From positions 672,001-736,000 of the forward strand of contig CAWGTN010000002.1 in the NCBI GenBank assembly GCA_963825525.1: a stretch of 64,000 nt of DNA, in the 5' to 3' direction. Within the stretch, counting starts at the first letter, position 1, and every line of letters starts with the position of its first letter. This DNA comes from an uncultured Chloroflexia bacterium. Its GTDB lineage: Bacteria; Chloroflexota; Limnocylindria; QHBO01. Shown here one piece after another: positions 9,520 through 19,817 of the stretch. The notes under the pieces are model-generated. The model had not been told where the DNA came from and did no database searches. It saw only the letters and a program-made list of their open reading frames with translations. The translations under genes and the position numbers were made by a program.

Positions 9520-10784
9520 CCGCGGCGACGGCTGTGGGCACGAGCCGAGCGGACCAGCGCACGCGCACCCGCCAGCGCGTCCTGGGGATCGTGTACCTGG
9601 TTCTCGCCGTGCTCATGGTGCTCGGATTCGCGGTCGCCACCGACCTGACCTCGACGTTCACGCTGGCGGCGCCGAACGCCGCGGTCCAGGTTCCGAATCT
9701 CGTCCTGCCATCGGCGGCGACGGTCTACCTGCTGGCGGGCGTGGTGGCGTTCGCCGGTGCCATCCAGCTCACCCGCGGATTCGGCGCACGAACGGCAATG
9801 ATCCTTGGCCTCGTCGCGTTCGCATTCGTCTTCGCATTCCTGACCTGGGTGGCGGCGGGCCAGTCGATGAACCTCACCGGCGTCCTGGAGACCACGGTCC
9901 AGCGATCCGTCCCGATCGCGTTCGGTGCTCTGTCCGGCGTCCTGTGCGAGCGCGCGGGCGTGGTGAACATCGCAATCGAGGGAATGCTGCTGTCCGGGGC
10001 CTTCGTGGCGGCCGTGGTCACCAGCGCGACCGACAACCCATGGATCGGCATCATCGCCGCGGTGGCGACCGGCGGCGTGCTCGCCGCGCTGCTGGCGGTC
10101 CTCGCCATCCGCTATCGGGTGGACCAGATCATCGCCGGCTTCTTCATCAACATTCTTGTGACCGGCCTGACTGCGTTCCTGTCGGTTCGCCTTCTCCAAC
10201 CGTACCAGGCGGAGCTCAACACGCCCGAACGGCTGGGCCCGATCGCCCTGCCGATCCTGTCGGACATCCCGATCATCGGAACCGTGCTCTTCCGGCACAA
10301 CATCTTCGTCTACTCGCTCTTCGTTCTCATCGTGGTGATCCACCTGGGCCTCTTCTACACGCGATGGGGCCTGCGGGTGCGTGCCGTGGGCGAGCATCCC
10401 AAGGCGGCGGACACGGTGGGTATCAACGTCTACTGGGTGCGCTACACGAACGTGATCCTGGGTGGCATGGTGGCCGGCATGGGCGGCGCCTACTTCACCA
10501 TCGGCTCGACCGGAGGATTCGAACGCGAGATGACGGCCGGTCGCGGCTTCATCGGCCTGGCGGCCATGATCTTCGGCGGCTGGAACCCGATCGGCGCATT
10601 CCTGGCGGCACTGGTGTTCGGATTCGCCGATGCCATCCAGTCCCGTCTGTCGATCCTGAGCATTGCCATCCCATCCGAGTTCCTGCTCATGGTGCCGTAC
10701 GTCGTCACCATCATCGTGGTCGCCGGCCTGGTCGGCCGTGCGCGGGCGCCCGCGGCCGACGGGAAGCCGTACATCAAGGAATGA
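9516..10784 (+). CDS. Nucleoside ABC transporter permease
   Basis: ERAGVVNIAIEG, GEHPKAADTVGI, GRGFIGLAAMIFG; GTG start overlapping the upstream TGA (ATG 9507 is an alternative). Confidence 0.92.
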   Translation: MTAATAVGTSRADQRTRTRQRVLGIVYLVLAVLMVLGFAVATDLTSTFTLAAPNAAVQVPNLVLPSAATVYLLAGVVAFAGAIQLTRGFGARTAMILGLVAFAFVFAFLTWVAAGQSMNLTGVLETTVQRSVPIAFGALSGVLCERAGVVNIAIEGMLLSGAFVAAVVTSATDNPWIGIIAAVATGGVLAALLAVLAIRYRVDQIIAGFFINILVTGLTAFLSVRLLQPYQAELNTPERLGPIALPILSDIPIIGTVLFRHNIFVYSLFVLIVVIHLGLFYTRWGLRVRAVGEHPKAADTVGINVYWVRYTNVILGGMVAGMGGAYFTIGSTGGFEREMTAGRGFIGLAAMIFGGWNPIGAFLAALVFGFADAIQSRLSILSIAIPSEFLLMVPYVVTIIVVAGLVGRARAPAADGKPYIKE

Positions 10785-10785
10785 C

Positions 10786-11751
10786 GTGACCGGCCGCCGG
10801 CGCGTCGTCCTGGACTGCGATCCGGGGCACGATGACGCGATGGCCATCCTCCTGGCGGCGGCCTCGCCGGCTCTCGACCTCGTGGCGATCACCACGGTCG
10901 CCGGGAACCAGACGCTCGAGAAGACGACGCTCAACGCTCGGCGCGTCTGCAGTGTGGCGAAGATCGAGAACGTGCCGATTGCCGCCGGCTGCGACCGGCC
11001 CCTGGCGCGCGATCCGATCGGGGCGGCCGATATCCACGGCGAGTCCGGCCTGGACGGCGTGGACTGGGACGAGCCGACGGTCGCCCTCGACCCTCGGCAC
11101 GGTGTCGACCTGATCATCGAGGCGGCCCTGGCGGGGCCGGATCCGCTGACCCTCGTCGCCGTCGGCCCATTGACCAACGTCGCGACCGCGCTGGCTCGCC
11201 GACCCGAGATCGCGCGTCACATCGACCGGATCTCGATCATGGGCGGAGCGATCGGGCTGGGCAACTGGTCCCCGTCGTCCGAGTTCAACATCGTCGAGGA
11301 CCCGGAGGCCGCGGCGGCCGTCATCGGATCCGGCATTCCCATCACCCTGGTTCCACTCGAGGTCACGCACCAGGCCCTGGCCACGCCGGCCGTCCTCGAT
11401 CGGATCCGGGCGCTGGACAGCCCGGTGGCCGAGATGTCCGTGGCGCTCATGCGATTCTTCGCCGAGACCTATGAGCGGGTCTTCGGATTCGATGCCCCGG
11501 CGGTCCACGACCCGTGCGCCGTCGCGGCGGTCATCGACCCATCGATCGTGAGGACGCGGCACATCAACGTCGAGATCGACACGGTGGCGTCGTTCAGCCT
11601 CGGGCGCACGGTCTGCGACGTCCACGGCATCACCGGGCGCACCCCGAACGCGGATGTCGGGCTGGACCTGGACGTTGCTCGGTTCTGGGACCTCATGATC
11701 GAGGCCCTCGATTGCTACTCGGCGGCGCGGCCCGACGCACCGACGCCCTGA
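10786..11751 (+). CDS. Nucleoside hydrolase (IU-NH/Rih family)
   Basis: DCDPGHDDA, IHGESGL, GPLTN, EFNI..DPEAA, HDP motifs. Confidence 0.93.
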   Translation: MTGRRRVVLDCDPGHDDAMAILLAAASPALDLVAITTVAGNQTLEKTTLNARRVCSVAKIENVPIAAGCDRPLARDPIGAADIHGESGLDGVDWDEPTVALDPRHGVDLIIEAALAGPDPLTLVAVGPLTNVATALARRPEIARHIDRISIMGGAIGLGNWSPSSEFNIVEDPEAAAAVIGSGIPITLVPLEVTHQALATPAVLDRIRALDSPVAEMSVALMRFFAETYERVFGFDAPAVHDPCAVAAVIDPSIVRTRHINVEIDTVASFSLGRTVCDVHGITGRTPNADVGLDLDVARFWDLMIEALDCYSAARPDAPTP

Positions 11752-12482
11752 TCGGGCCCAACGTGCGGATGCTGGGACGGCGGAACGCGCAGCAGGTCGA
11801 CTGACAGGCCCTGGGCCGTCATGTCGCGCACCACCGACAGGTGGTCGTAGTCGACCGACCGGAAGCCGATCGCGATCTCCGGATCACCGATGTAGATCAC
11901 TGCGTACCGCGCGCGGGCGTCTCCCTCGGTTCCGCAGCCGACCGAGCCGCAGGCGACGAAGTGCGCCTGGCCCACGACCCGATGGAAGGCTTCATGGGTG
12001 TGGCCGAAGCAGAACAGGTCGTCCGCCTCGTCGCTCGCGATCCGGGCCAGCACGCGCGACGGGCGGTCCGACCACAGGTACTCGTTCGCGCGCAATGGTG
12101 AGCCGTGGAACAGGTGCATCGAGCGCCCGGCGACATCGATCCGCAGGGTCTTCGGGAGCTGACGCAGCCAGGAGCGGTGGTCTTCCAGCATGACGCCAGC
12201 GGTCCAGCGCATCGACGCGTCACCGGTCGCCTCGGCCTCACTGCTGTCCCACGCGGCTCCGGTCTGCTCGCGATCCATGCCCACCGCCTCGTCCCAGTTG
12301 CCCTGCACCGTCGGAATCTCGAGTCCCCGCAGCAGCTCCACGGTCTCGTTGGGGTGTGGCCCGCGACCGACGACATCGCCGGCGCAGTAGATGGCCTCGG
12401 CACCGATCTGCGCGATGTCGGCGAGCACGGCCTTGAGCGCCGGCAGGTTGGCATGGATGTCGGAGATGGCAGCGATCCGCAT
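11715..12482 (-). CDS. Metallophosphoesterase (calcineurin-like, YfcE type)
   Basis: SDIHAN, GDVVG, GNWD, HGSP, GHTH motifs. Confidence 0.9.
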   Translation of the reverse strand: MRIAAISDIHANLPALKAVLADIAQIGAEAIYCAGDVVGRGPHPNETVELLRGLEIPTVQGNWDEAVGMDREQTGAAWDSSEAEATGDASMRWTAGVMLEDHRSWLRQLPKTLRIDVAGRSMHLFHGSPLRANEYLWSDRPSRVLARIASDEADDLFCFGHTHEAFHRVVGQAHFVACGSVGCGTEGDARARYAVIYIGDPEIAIGFRSVDYDHLSVVRDMTAQGLSVDLLRVPPSQHPHVGPDQGVGASGRAAE

Positions 12483-12580
12483 GTCGGGCAGTTTCGCCGC
12501 GCGGCACGCCGTCCGCAATCCCCCACCGCTAGAACTTCCGTCCGGGGGCCCACGAGCGACCGGATGGGTCGGTCAGCGCG

Positions 12581-13669
12581 TCAGATTGCGCCGCTGCCCA
12601 CCGGGATTGGCGCCGCGAGGACGCTCACCTTGCCTGCGACCGTGCGTGCGACCTCGCGCAGCGCGTTCGCCGCGGCCGAGCTTTCGCCGCCGGGATACTG
12701 GGCCGAGGTGATCGGCACCCCGGCGTCGCCGCCGGACCGAACCGCCGGCTCCAGCGGAATGCGGCCGAGAACCTCGAGATCGAGCTCGCGGGCGATCTTC
12801 TCGCCGCCGCCGGAGCCGAAGATGTCGTGCTCCTCACTGCAGTGCGGGCAGACGAAGCCGCTCATGTTCTCGATCACGCCCAGGGTCCGCACGTTCACCT
12901 TGTTGAACATCCCGATCGCCTTGCGCGCATCGAGCAGGCTGACCTCCTGCGGCGTGGTGACGATCACGGCGCCGGTCAACGGAATGAGCTGACTCAGCGA
13001 CAGGGCAGCGTCACCCGTCCCGGGCGGCAGGTCGATGACGAGGTAGTCGAGCTCTCCCCACTCGACGTCGCGCAGGAACTGGGCGATGGCACTGTGGATG
13101 AGGGGGCCGCGCCAGATGACCGGCGCATCGGCCTGGAGGAAGTACTGAATGCTCATCATCTGCACGCCATGGCTGATGACGGGGTTGGGCTTGCCGCCCG
13201 CTCCGGTCACGTGGGCGCCCTGGGTGCCCATCATCATCGGCACGTTCGGCCCGGTGATATCGGCGTCCAGCAGCCCCACCCGCGCACCGTCGCGGGCCAG
13301 GCTGACCGCCAGGTTGACGGCGACCGTGGACTTGCCGACGCCGCCCTTGCCGGACGCGACGGCGATCGTGTTCTTCACTCCCGGGATGAGATCCGCAGCC
13401 GGACCGCCGAACGAGCGCTTCACGTTGCTCGCCCAATCGACCCGGACCGTGGTGGCGCCGAGGGCCGCCAGCGCGTCCCCGATGTCGCTCTCGATCGTTG
13501 CCTTGAGGGGACAGGCGGGCGTGGTCAGTTCGACCGTGAGGTCGACCACGCTGCCGTCAATCGACACGTTCTTGACCATGCCCAGCGAGACGAGGTCACG
13601 ACCGATCTCCGGGTCCTTGACCTCGCCGAGGGCGGCGAGGATGTTCTCATCTGTCAGCTGATTGGGCAT
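12581..13669 (-). CDS. mrp: Mrp/NBP35 (ApbC) Fe-S cluster carrier ATPase
   Basis: N-terminal DUF59-like LTTPACP, SGKGGVGKST, DLPPGTGD, ENMSGFVCPHC. Confidence 0.95.
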   Translation of the reverse strand: MPNQLTDENILAALGEVKDPEIGRDLVSLGMVKNVSIDGSVVDLTVELTTPACPLKATIESDIGDALAALGATTVRVDWASNVKRSFGGPAADLIPGVKNTIAVASGKGGVGKSTVAVNLAVSLARDGARVGLLDADITGPNVPMMMGTQGAHVTGAGGKPNPVISHGVQMMSIQYFLQADAPVIWRGPLIHSAIAQFLRDVEWGELDYLVIDLPPGTGDAALSLSQLIPLTGAVIVTTPQEVSLLDARKAIGMFNKVNVRTLGVIENMSGFVCPHCSEEHDIFGSGGGEKIARELDLEVLGRIPLEPAVRSGGDAGVPITSAQYPGGESSAAANALREVARTVAGKVSVLAAPIPVGSGAI

Positions 13670-13766
13670 GGCTCGGCTCGGAGTTCCTCCATACGGGGCC
13701 GAAGCGGCAGTGTGAGCGTAGCAGGTGCGGTCGCACCCTTCACGCGGGCCACCCGCGCGCCCTGAA

Positions 13767-14621
13767 TCAGGTCAGCCCGTCGAACAGCGAGCGCTCCCCA
13801 TCGACCGCTGCCGGCAGCGCCGATGCGGCCAAGCGGTAGTGCTCGGTCGCCAGCCAGGCGCCGCGCGCATCCGCCCCCCAATCATGGAATGGGCCGGCCG
13901 AACCGGTCTGGGACACGTGGCGGCTGATGGCCGCCAGCTTGAGCTGCGCGAGCTCGCCGAGCTCGAGCGCGAGGGTGGGCTCGCTGGATGACCCGTATCC
14001 CTCCTGTGGCAGCCGTTCCCCAAGCGCGGAGACTACGCTGGGCGGCACCACCAGGTCGTACAGCTTTGCGGCGCGCCACGCCACCTGGTCCTCGTCGAGG
14101 TCGTCCTCGAAGGCAAGCGGCTCGGCTGCTCGATCGTAGGCGGCCCGGACGGCTCGCGACAGGACGACGTGGTCGGTGTCGCCGGTGACTCCATCCGGGC
14201 CGAAGGACAGGATCACCTCGGGTCGGTGCATCCGGATCGGCTCCACGATTCGCCCGACCAGCTGGTCGAAGTCCTGGCGGTCGAGCTCGCCCTCCGCGTA
14301 GTCGAGCATGCGCACGACCCGGACGCCCAGGAGGGCGACCGAGCGACGGAGCTCGTCCTCGCGAACGGTGTCGAGGTTGCGCCACGTCACGGCGCCCAGC
14401 TTCACATCGCGGTTCTTGCCGCCCGGAGCGGGCGACGACACGGCGACGCGGGTGTCGAACCAGCCCCTCGTGACGCACACGACCACCACGTAGGCGCCGC
14501 TCGCGGCGGCCGATGCGATGGCACCGCCGAAGCCAAATGACTCGTCGCCCGGATGGGCGACCACGACCATCAGGCTTCTCGCCGGGGCACGCTCACGAAC
14601 CGGTCGCCAGATCGATGACAC
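13767..14621 (-). CDS. PIG-L/LmbE family protein with degenerate catalytic motifs
   Basis: VAHPGDES (cf. HPDDE), R..EL, GVTGDTDH (cf. GHPDH), HVSQ; TATACT 7 nt before GTG. Confidence 0.85.
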   Translation of the reverse strand: MSSIWRPVRERAPARSLMVVVAHPGDESFGFGGAIASAAASGAYVVVVCVTRGWFDTRVAVSSPAPGGKNRDVKLGAVTWRNLDTVREDELRRSVALLGVRVVRMLDYAEGELDRQDFDQLVGRIVEPIRMHRPEVILSFGPDGVTGDTDHVVLSRAVRAAYDRAAEPLAFEDDLDEDQVAWRAAKLYDLVVPPSVVSALGERLPQEGYGSSSEPTLALELGELAQLKLAAISRHVSQTGSAGPFHDWGADARGAWLATEHYRLAASALPAAVDGERSLFDGLT

Positions 14622-14639
14622 GGCCGGCAGTATACGAGC

Positions 14640-15713
14640 CTAGCCGCCCACCTCGACGGGGATCGGTGCGCCCGGTCGCGCTTCGCTCGACCGCCCCGAG
14701 ACGGACGTCTCGATGGTCGGTGCACGATCCAGGAAGCTGGCCTGCATGCCGACCTCCATGACGCGCTCCACCTCGTCCATGTCCAGGATGTCCTGGCTCA
14801 TGAGCCGGTTGAGCTCGTCGCGCAGATAGGTTCGCAGCATTTCCGGCCCATCGGTGCTGATGGTGAACCTGACCTCGTGCTCGATGAGGGCGCGAACGAC
14901 GCGCTTCACCTCGGCCAAACTCTTCAGCACGCGGGTGCTGAGATTCGAGGTTGGGCAGACCTCGAGGACCGTCCCGCGCTCGCGCAGCATCGCCAGCACG
15001 CGCGGGTCCTCGGCGCTTCGCACGCCATGCCCGATGCGATCCGGCTCGAGCGCCTCGAGCGCATCACGCACCTCGTCGGCGCCTCCGGTTTCACCAGCAT
15101 GGACCGTGAGCCCCAACCCGGCCCGGCGGCACTCGGCGAAGATGTTCGCGTAGTCGGCGAAGCGGAAGCTCGCGGTGACCGGGCCGGCGATGTCGACCCC
15201 GATCACGCCGCGGCTGCGCCAGCTGATGGCCTTGGAGGCGATGATCTCGTTGAGGGCCGGCGCGAAGGACCGATCGAGACAGAAGATCAAGCCCGCCCGA
15301 ACCTGCGGGTACTCCAGGATCGCGCGGTCCATGCCTCGCACGGCCGCCGCGATGATGTGGTCGAGGTCCTGCTCACCACCGCGGTTGCGCTTCATCGGGT
15401 TGAAGCGGAGCTCCAGTCCGGTGACGTTATTCCGGCGGTAGGCGCCCCCGATGACCTCGTAGACGCTGCGTTCGACCGCGATGGGGCTCGACTGGATCAG
15501 CTCGGTCCAATGGAAGAGATCCAGGTACGCCTCGAAGCTGCGGCGGCGGCGGCCGACCGTGATGAGATCGCGGAACGCCCAGTAGTCCTTCGTCGGGAGC
15601 CGGATGCCCTGCGCGTGCGCAATGCCCCACATGATGGCCGGGGTGACCGCGGCCCCTAGGTGCACGTGCAGGTCGGTGAGCGGTGAGCGGCGGTCGAGGC
15701 GTGGACGTTGCAT
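14640..15713 (-). CDS. Adenosine deaminase-family amidohydrolase (second paralogue)
   Basis: DLHVHLG, GVDIAG, TVHAGE, RIGHG, CPTSN, STDGPE. Confidence 0.88.
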   Translation of the reverse strand: MQRPRLDRRSPLTDLHVHLGAAVTPAIMWGIAHAQGIRLPTKDYWAFRDLITVGRRRRSFEAYLDLFHWTELIQSSPIAVERSVYEVIGGAYRRNNVTGLELRFNPMKRNRGGEQDLDHIIAAAVRGMDRAILEYPQVRAGLIFCLDRSFAPALNEIIASKAISWRSRGVIGVDIAGPVTASFRFADYANIFAECRRAGLGLTVHAGETGGADEVRDALEALEPDRIGHGVRSAEDPRVLAMLRERGTVLEVCPTSNLSTRVLKSLAEVKRVVRALIEHEVRFTISTDGPEMLRTYLRDELNRLMSQDILDMDEVERVMEVGMQASFLDRAPTIETSVSGRSSEARPGAPIPVEVGG

Positions 15714-15773
15714 CGGCAGGTTGGTTCGCTGGCGTGTTCGGCGGAGTGTAGCCGATGCTAGAATCGCCCCGCC

Positions 15774-16181
15774 ATGGACCTGATTCGCGATGTCACCGAC
15801 TGGTTAGCCACCGATTGGGGCAACCGGCTCGGCTTCTTCTTCCCACTGGCTCTCGCCGGCCTGCTCGGCCTGTACCTGTTGTGGCTGATCGTCGGATATC
15901 TCCGCGTCAGCCAGGTCGGCGTCGCGGAGCGAGCGCAGGGCGAGCCCGCGGTGGCGCTCCCGTCGGGCGGCGCGGCCGATGCCACCGATCTCCCGCGGGG
16001 CGTTCCGTACTGCGCGTTCGATCGGCTGCAGTACCCGATCGGCGCCAGATTCTGCACGCAATGCGAGCGCGACCTGTCGCTCGACTGCACGAACTGCGGC
16101 GCAACCCTCTCCGCCGGCGACGCGTCCTGCTATCGATGCGGTACGCGAACCGGTGTCGCGGACACCGCCCTCCTGAGCTGA
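15774..16181 (+). CDS. Membrane-anchored double zinc-ribbon protein
   Basis: N-terminal TM helix; CAFD, CTQC, CTNC, CYRC. Confidence 0.8.
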   Translation: MDLIRDVTDWLATDWGNRLGFFFPLALAGLLGLYLLWLIVGYLRVSQVGVAERAQGEPAVALPSGGAADATDLPRGVPYCAFDRLQYPIGARFCTQCERDLSLDCTNCGATLSAGDASCYRCGTRTGVADTALLS

Positions 16182-16203
16182 CGACCACCGTTCGGCACGA
16201 ACG

Positions 16204-17070
16204 ATGACCGGGCTCGTGTCGATCCTCGTCATCGGTTCCCTTGCGGCCCTGCTGGCATCGGCCGCCAGTGGCTTTGGCGCCGTGCTCATCGGCATCGCCG
16301 CGAGGCCACGGATCGCCGACGGGCCGGCTGCCGGTGTCGTCGGCGATTCGTCTCTGGGTCGTGCGTCCACGGTCGCCCTGCTCACCGCGTTGACGTTGCT
16401 CGTGGCCGCGCTGGTCGTGCGATCCCTGCTGATCGGACACGCGCCGTGGTCGAACCTTCACGAGTTCAGCCTGGCGTTCGCCGCGGCCCTGGTGGGCACC
16501 CACGTCGTCCTCGGCCGGTCAGTGTCGCTCGGCGGCCTCTCGGCGGTCACCGCGCTCCTGGCGGCCGGCATCGTGATCTTTGCCCTTGGTCTGGACGATC
16601 GCGTCGACCCCCTCGTCCCCGCCCTCCAGCAGCCACTCCTGCTCACCGTTCACGTCGGCATGGCTGTGCTCGCCTACGCGGTGAGCGGCGTCGCATTCGT
16701 CGCCGCTCTCGGAGAGATCGCGCAGAACCGCGCCGCCGACCGCATTTCCGTGCTCCCGTCGGCGAGCGCCGCGCGGGCGGTCGGCCATCGGGCCGTGCTC
16801 ATCGCCTTCCCGATCCTGACGATTGCCATCGTCCTGGGCTCGGTGTGGGCCAATCTCGCGTGGCGCTCCTACTGGAGCAACGATCCAAAGGAGCTCGCCG
16901 CGGCGGCCACCTGGCTGGTGTTCGGTGCCTACCTGCACGTTGCCGGGCGTCGCGACCGATGGGAGCGCGCCGCGCCGTGGCTCATCGTGCTCGGGTTCGC
17001 CGGCGTGCTGTTCACGTACATCGGGGCAGGGCTGTTCTTCATCGGCGAGCACAGCTACGCGGCTCCCTGA
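16204..17070 (+). CDS. ccsA: Cytochrome c biogenesis protein CcsA/ResC family
   Basis: PWSNLHE, LTVHV, WANLAWRSYWSNDPKE (WWD domain), YLH, HSYA. Confidence 0.88.
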   Translation: MTGLVSILVIGSLAALLASAASGFGAVLIGIAARPRIADGPAAGVVGDSSLGRASTVALLTALTLLVAALVVRSLLIGHAPWSNLHEFSLAFAAALVGTHVVLGRSVSLGGLSAVTALLAAGIVIFALGLDDRVDPLVPALQQPLLLTVHVGMAVLAYAVSGVAFVAALGEIAQNRAADRISVLPSASAARAVGHRAVLIAFPILTIAIVLGSVWANLAWRSYWSNDPKELAAAATWLVFGAYLHVAGRRDRWERAAPWLIVLGFAGVLFTYIGAGLFFIGEHSYAAP

Positions 17071-17074
17071 TTCG

Positions 17075-17488
17075 ATGGAGCACCGCGAGATCGACGTGAC
17101 GACCGGCGGCCAGCCCACGCTGGTCGATCTCACACCCACATGCATCGAGTTCCTCGCCGAGGTCGCCGAGACCGGAGATGGCCTGTTGACCGTGTTCGTG
17201 CCGCACGCGACCGCGGGTGTCGTGATCGTCGAGCTCGGGGCCGGATCGGACTCCGATCTGCTCGCCGCGCTGGATCGCCTTCTGCCGCGCGACGAGCGAT
17301 GGCGTCATCGCCATGGCAGTCCGGGACACGGGGCGGACCACGTCCTTCCGCTCCTCGCCTCGCCCTCGGTGGTGATCCCGGTGATCCAGGGCCGGATGAC
17401 GTTGGGGACGTGGCAGTCGGTGGCCCTGCTGGATCCGAACGGCGACAACCGCAGCCGGCGCGTCCAGCTCGCCTTCGTTGCCGGCTAG
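17075..17488 (+). CDS. yjbQ: YjbQ/UPF0047 family protein
   Basis: [26 protein letters not shown]. Confidence 0.9.
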   Translation: MEHREIDVTTGGQPTLVDLTPTCIEFLAEVAETGDGLLTVFVPHATAGVVIVELGAGSDSDLLAALDRLLPRDERWRHRHGSPGHGADHVLPLLASPSVVIPVIQGRMTLGTWQSVALLDPNGDNRSRRVQLAFVAG

Positions 17489-19530
17489 TCCCGCCGAATC
17501 GCCAGCTCCGAGACCTGCGCGCCCAGTCGATCGGGGTCGTGGGTCGGTTCATCGCAGGCGTAGCCCCGACACGCGTACGCCGTCGCGTCAGCACCGCGCG
17601 CGTCCTTGCCGGCGTACAGCGGCCATCCGGCGTGCGGATCGCCGGTCGCCACCGACGTGAGCACGAGGTCCGGGGCGAACGGTCGCATCGCGGATTCGCG
17701 GAGCATGCGCGACCCCGCGCTGCCGGCCTGGCCCGCCACCACCACGTCGACCGGGTCGCCCAGCAAGCGATCGGCGGCGCTCAGCATCCGGCCGAACGCG
17801 CTCGGCTGACGCTCGAGTGCCGTGGCGACCGCACGCAGGATCGACCGTGCCCGGCGCGACAGCACCTCGTCGCCCGTCAGCAGGGCCAGGCGCTGCATCA
17901 CGTCAGCCCCGAGGCTGTTCGCCGATGGCGTGGCGTTGTCCACCACGCCGCGGGGCTGAGCCACGGTGCGATCGTGCTCGGCCGAGGTGTCGTTGAACGT
18001 GCCCGACTCCTCGTCCCAGAAGTCACGGAGTGCTGAATCGACCAGGCTCCTCGCGTCGAGCAACGAGGCGGAATCGCCCAGGGCTCCGTGTGCGACCAGC
18101 AGGCCATCGGCCAGCGACAGGTAGTCCTCGCAGAACGCCGGGGTGTGCGAGCGGCCGTCACGCGCGGTACGCCACAGGCGGTCGCCGTCACGTCGCAGCT
18201 GCTCGTTCACGAACGCGACGAGCTCGCGGGTTGCGTCGGCGTATCGCGGCTCCCGAAGCACCAGCGCCGCATGGCCCATGGCGCGTAGGGCATATCCGTT
18301 CCAGGCGGCGAGCTGCTTGTCATCGCGACCAGGTCGCACGCGGCTCGCGCGCCGAGCCAGGAGCGCCCTGCGACCGCGCTCCACCAGATCGTCGGGAGCA
18401 TCCGACGGACCGGGGCGATGCAGGATGTTGGTGCCCTCCCAATTGCCCGCCGGCAGCACGCCCCAATGGGCCGCCAGCGACGCGACGTCATCGCCGGAGA
18501 TTCCTGCCGCCCCGAGCGCTTCGCTGAACTCGTCGTTGTCCCAGACGTAGAACTTGCCCTCGACCCCTTCGCTGTCGGCGTCGAGCGCGGCCGCAAAGCC
18601 CCCATCGGGCGTTCGCAGCTCCTCGAGCATGAAGTCCAGCGTCGCGCAGGCCACGGTGGCGTATCGCTCCGCTCCGGTGGCCCGATAGGCCTCGAGGTAG
18701 GCGTGGGCCAGGAGGGCGTTGTCGTACAGCATCTTCTCGAAGTGCGGTACCAGCCACTCGGCGTCGGTGCTGTACCGCGAGAAGCCGCCGCCGATCTGGT
18801 CGTTGATGCCGCCGTCGGCCATGGCGTCCAGGGTCCGCACGATCATGTCGAGGAGCTCCGCGTCGCCTGACCGACGCCACGAGCGGAGGAGGAACTCGAT
18901 GGCCATGGGTGCCGGGAACTTCGGGGCGCCACCGAAGCCGCCGTGTGCGGCATCGAACGAGGCGGTGATGCGGCGAGCTGCCGCATCGAGCTGTGCCCTC
19001 TCGGGGTCGCGGTCACCGGCCGGGATCGTCAGCTGCGCCTGGAGGTGGCCCGCCAGCAACCCGGCCTGCTGGTCCACCTCCGATCGGCGCGTGGCGTACG
19101 CGTCGGCGACGGCCGCCAGCACGCGGGGGAACCCTGCCATTCCGTGGCGGTCATCGGGCGGAAAGTAGGTGCCGCCGAAGAACGGACGCAGGTCCGGCGT
19201 GAGGAACACGCTCATCGGCCAGCCGCCGGATCCCGTCATGGCCTGGACTGCCGCCATGTACACGTCGTCGAGATCCGGGCGCTCCTCGCGATCGACCTTG
19301 ATGGACACGAAGTGCTCGTTCATGAGCGCCGCGATCTCCGGGTTCTCGAAGCTTTCGCGCTCCATGACGTGACACCAGTGGCACGCGCTGTAGCCGATGG
19401 ACAGAAAGATCGGCCGGTCGTCCCGGCGTGCCTTCTCCAGGGCTTCAGGACCCCACGGGTGCCAGTCGACCGGGTTGTGAGCGTGCTGGAGGAGGTACGG
19501 GCTCGTCTCGTCGATCAGGCGGTTGGGCAT
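17485..19530 (-). CDS. Thioredoxin-domain/glycosidase-fold protein (YyaL/SSP411 family)
   Basis: [47 protein letters not shown]. Confidence 0.95.
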   Translation of the reverse strand: MPNRLIDETSPYLLQHAHNPVDWHPWGPEALEKARRDDRPIFLSIGYSACHWCHVMERESFENPEIAALMNEHFVSIKVDREERPDLDDVYMAAVQAMTGSGGWPMSVFLTPDLRPFFGGTYFPPDDRHGMAGFPRVLAAVADAYATRRSEVDQQAGLLAGHLQAQLTIPAGDRDPERAQLDAAARRITASFDAAHGGFGGAPKFPAPMAIEFLLRSWRRSGDAELLDMIVRTLDAMADGGINDQIGGGFSRYSTDAEWLVPHFEKMLYDNALLAHAYLEAYRATGAERYATVACATLDFMLEELRTPDGGFAAALDADSEGVEGKFYVWDNDEFSEALGAAGISGDDVASLAAHWGVLPAGNWEGTNILHRPGPSDAPDDLVERGRRALLARRASRVRPGRDDKQLAAWNGYALRAMGHAALVLREPRYADATRELVAFVNEQLRRDGDRLWRTARDGRSHTPAFCEDYLSLADGLLVAHGALGDSASLLDARSLVDSALRDFWDEESGTFNDTSAEHDRTVAQPRGVVDNATPSANSLGADVMQRLALLTGDEVLSRRARSILRAVATALERQPSAFGRMLSAADRLLGDPVDVVVAGQAGSAGSRMLRESAMRPFAPDLVLTSVATGDPHAGWPLYAGKDARGADATAYACRGYACDEPTHDPDRLGAQVSELAIRRD

Positions 19531-19619
19531 GGTTCCAGTGTGGCAGCCGTTGGTGGTCCGCGCACCAGGCTCGCCAGCCGGGGTAGGCTGGGTCCCCCAC
19601 CCAGGACCAGGAGAACGAC

Positions 19620-19811
19620 ATGGATCAGTTGGTGAAGATGGTGTCAGAGCGAGCCGGCATCGACGAAGGCGCGGCTTCGACGGCAGTTGACACGGTCATC
19701 GGGTTTCTCAAGGACAAGCTTCCGGGCCCCATCGCGGCACAGCTCGATAGCGCGGCGAAGGGCGAGAAGATCGATGCGGGCGATGCGCTGGGCGGCCTCT
19801 TCGGCGGCTGA
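19620..19811 (+). CDS. Small hypothetical protein (DUF2267-like)
   Basis: 63 aa, [22 protein letters not shown]...FLKDKLP pattern. Confidence 0.75.
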   Translation: MDQLVKMVSERAGIDEGAASTAVDTVIGFLKDKLPGPIAAQLDSAAKGEKIDAGDALGGLFGG

Positions 19812-19817
19812 CGGCTC

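Noticed and set aside
6606-11177. Long antisense ORFs (629 aa, 573 aa), and similar ones opposite accC, oppA and btu
   Set aside because: Typical stop-poor shadow frames in high-GC DNA; no motifs, fully overlapping well-supported genes
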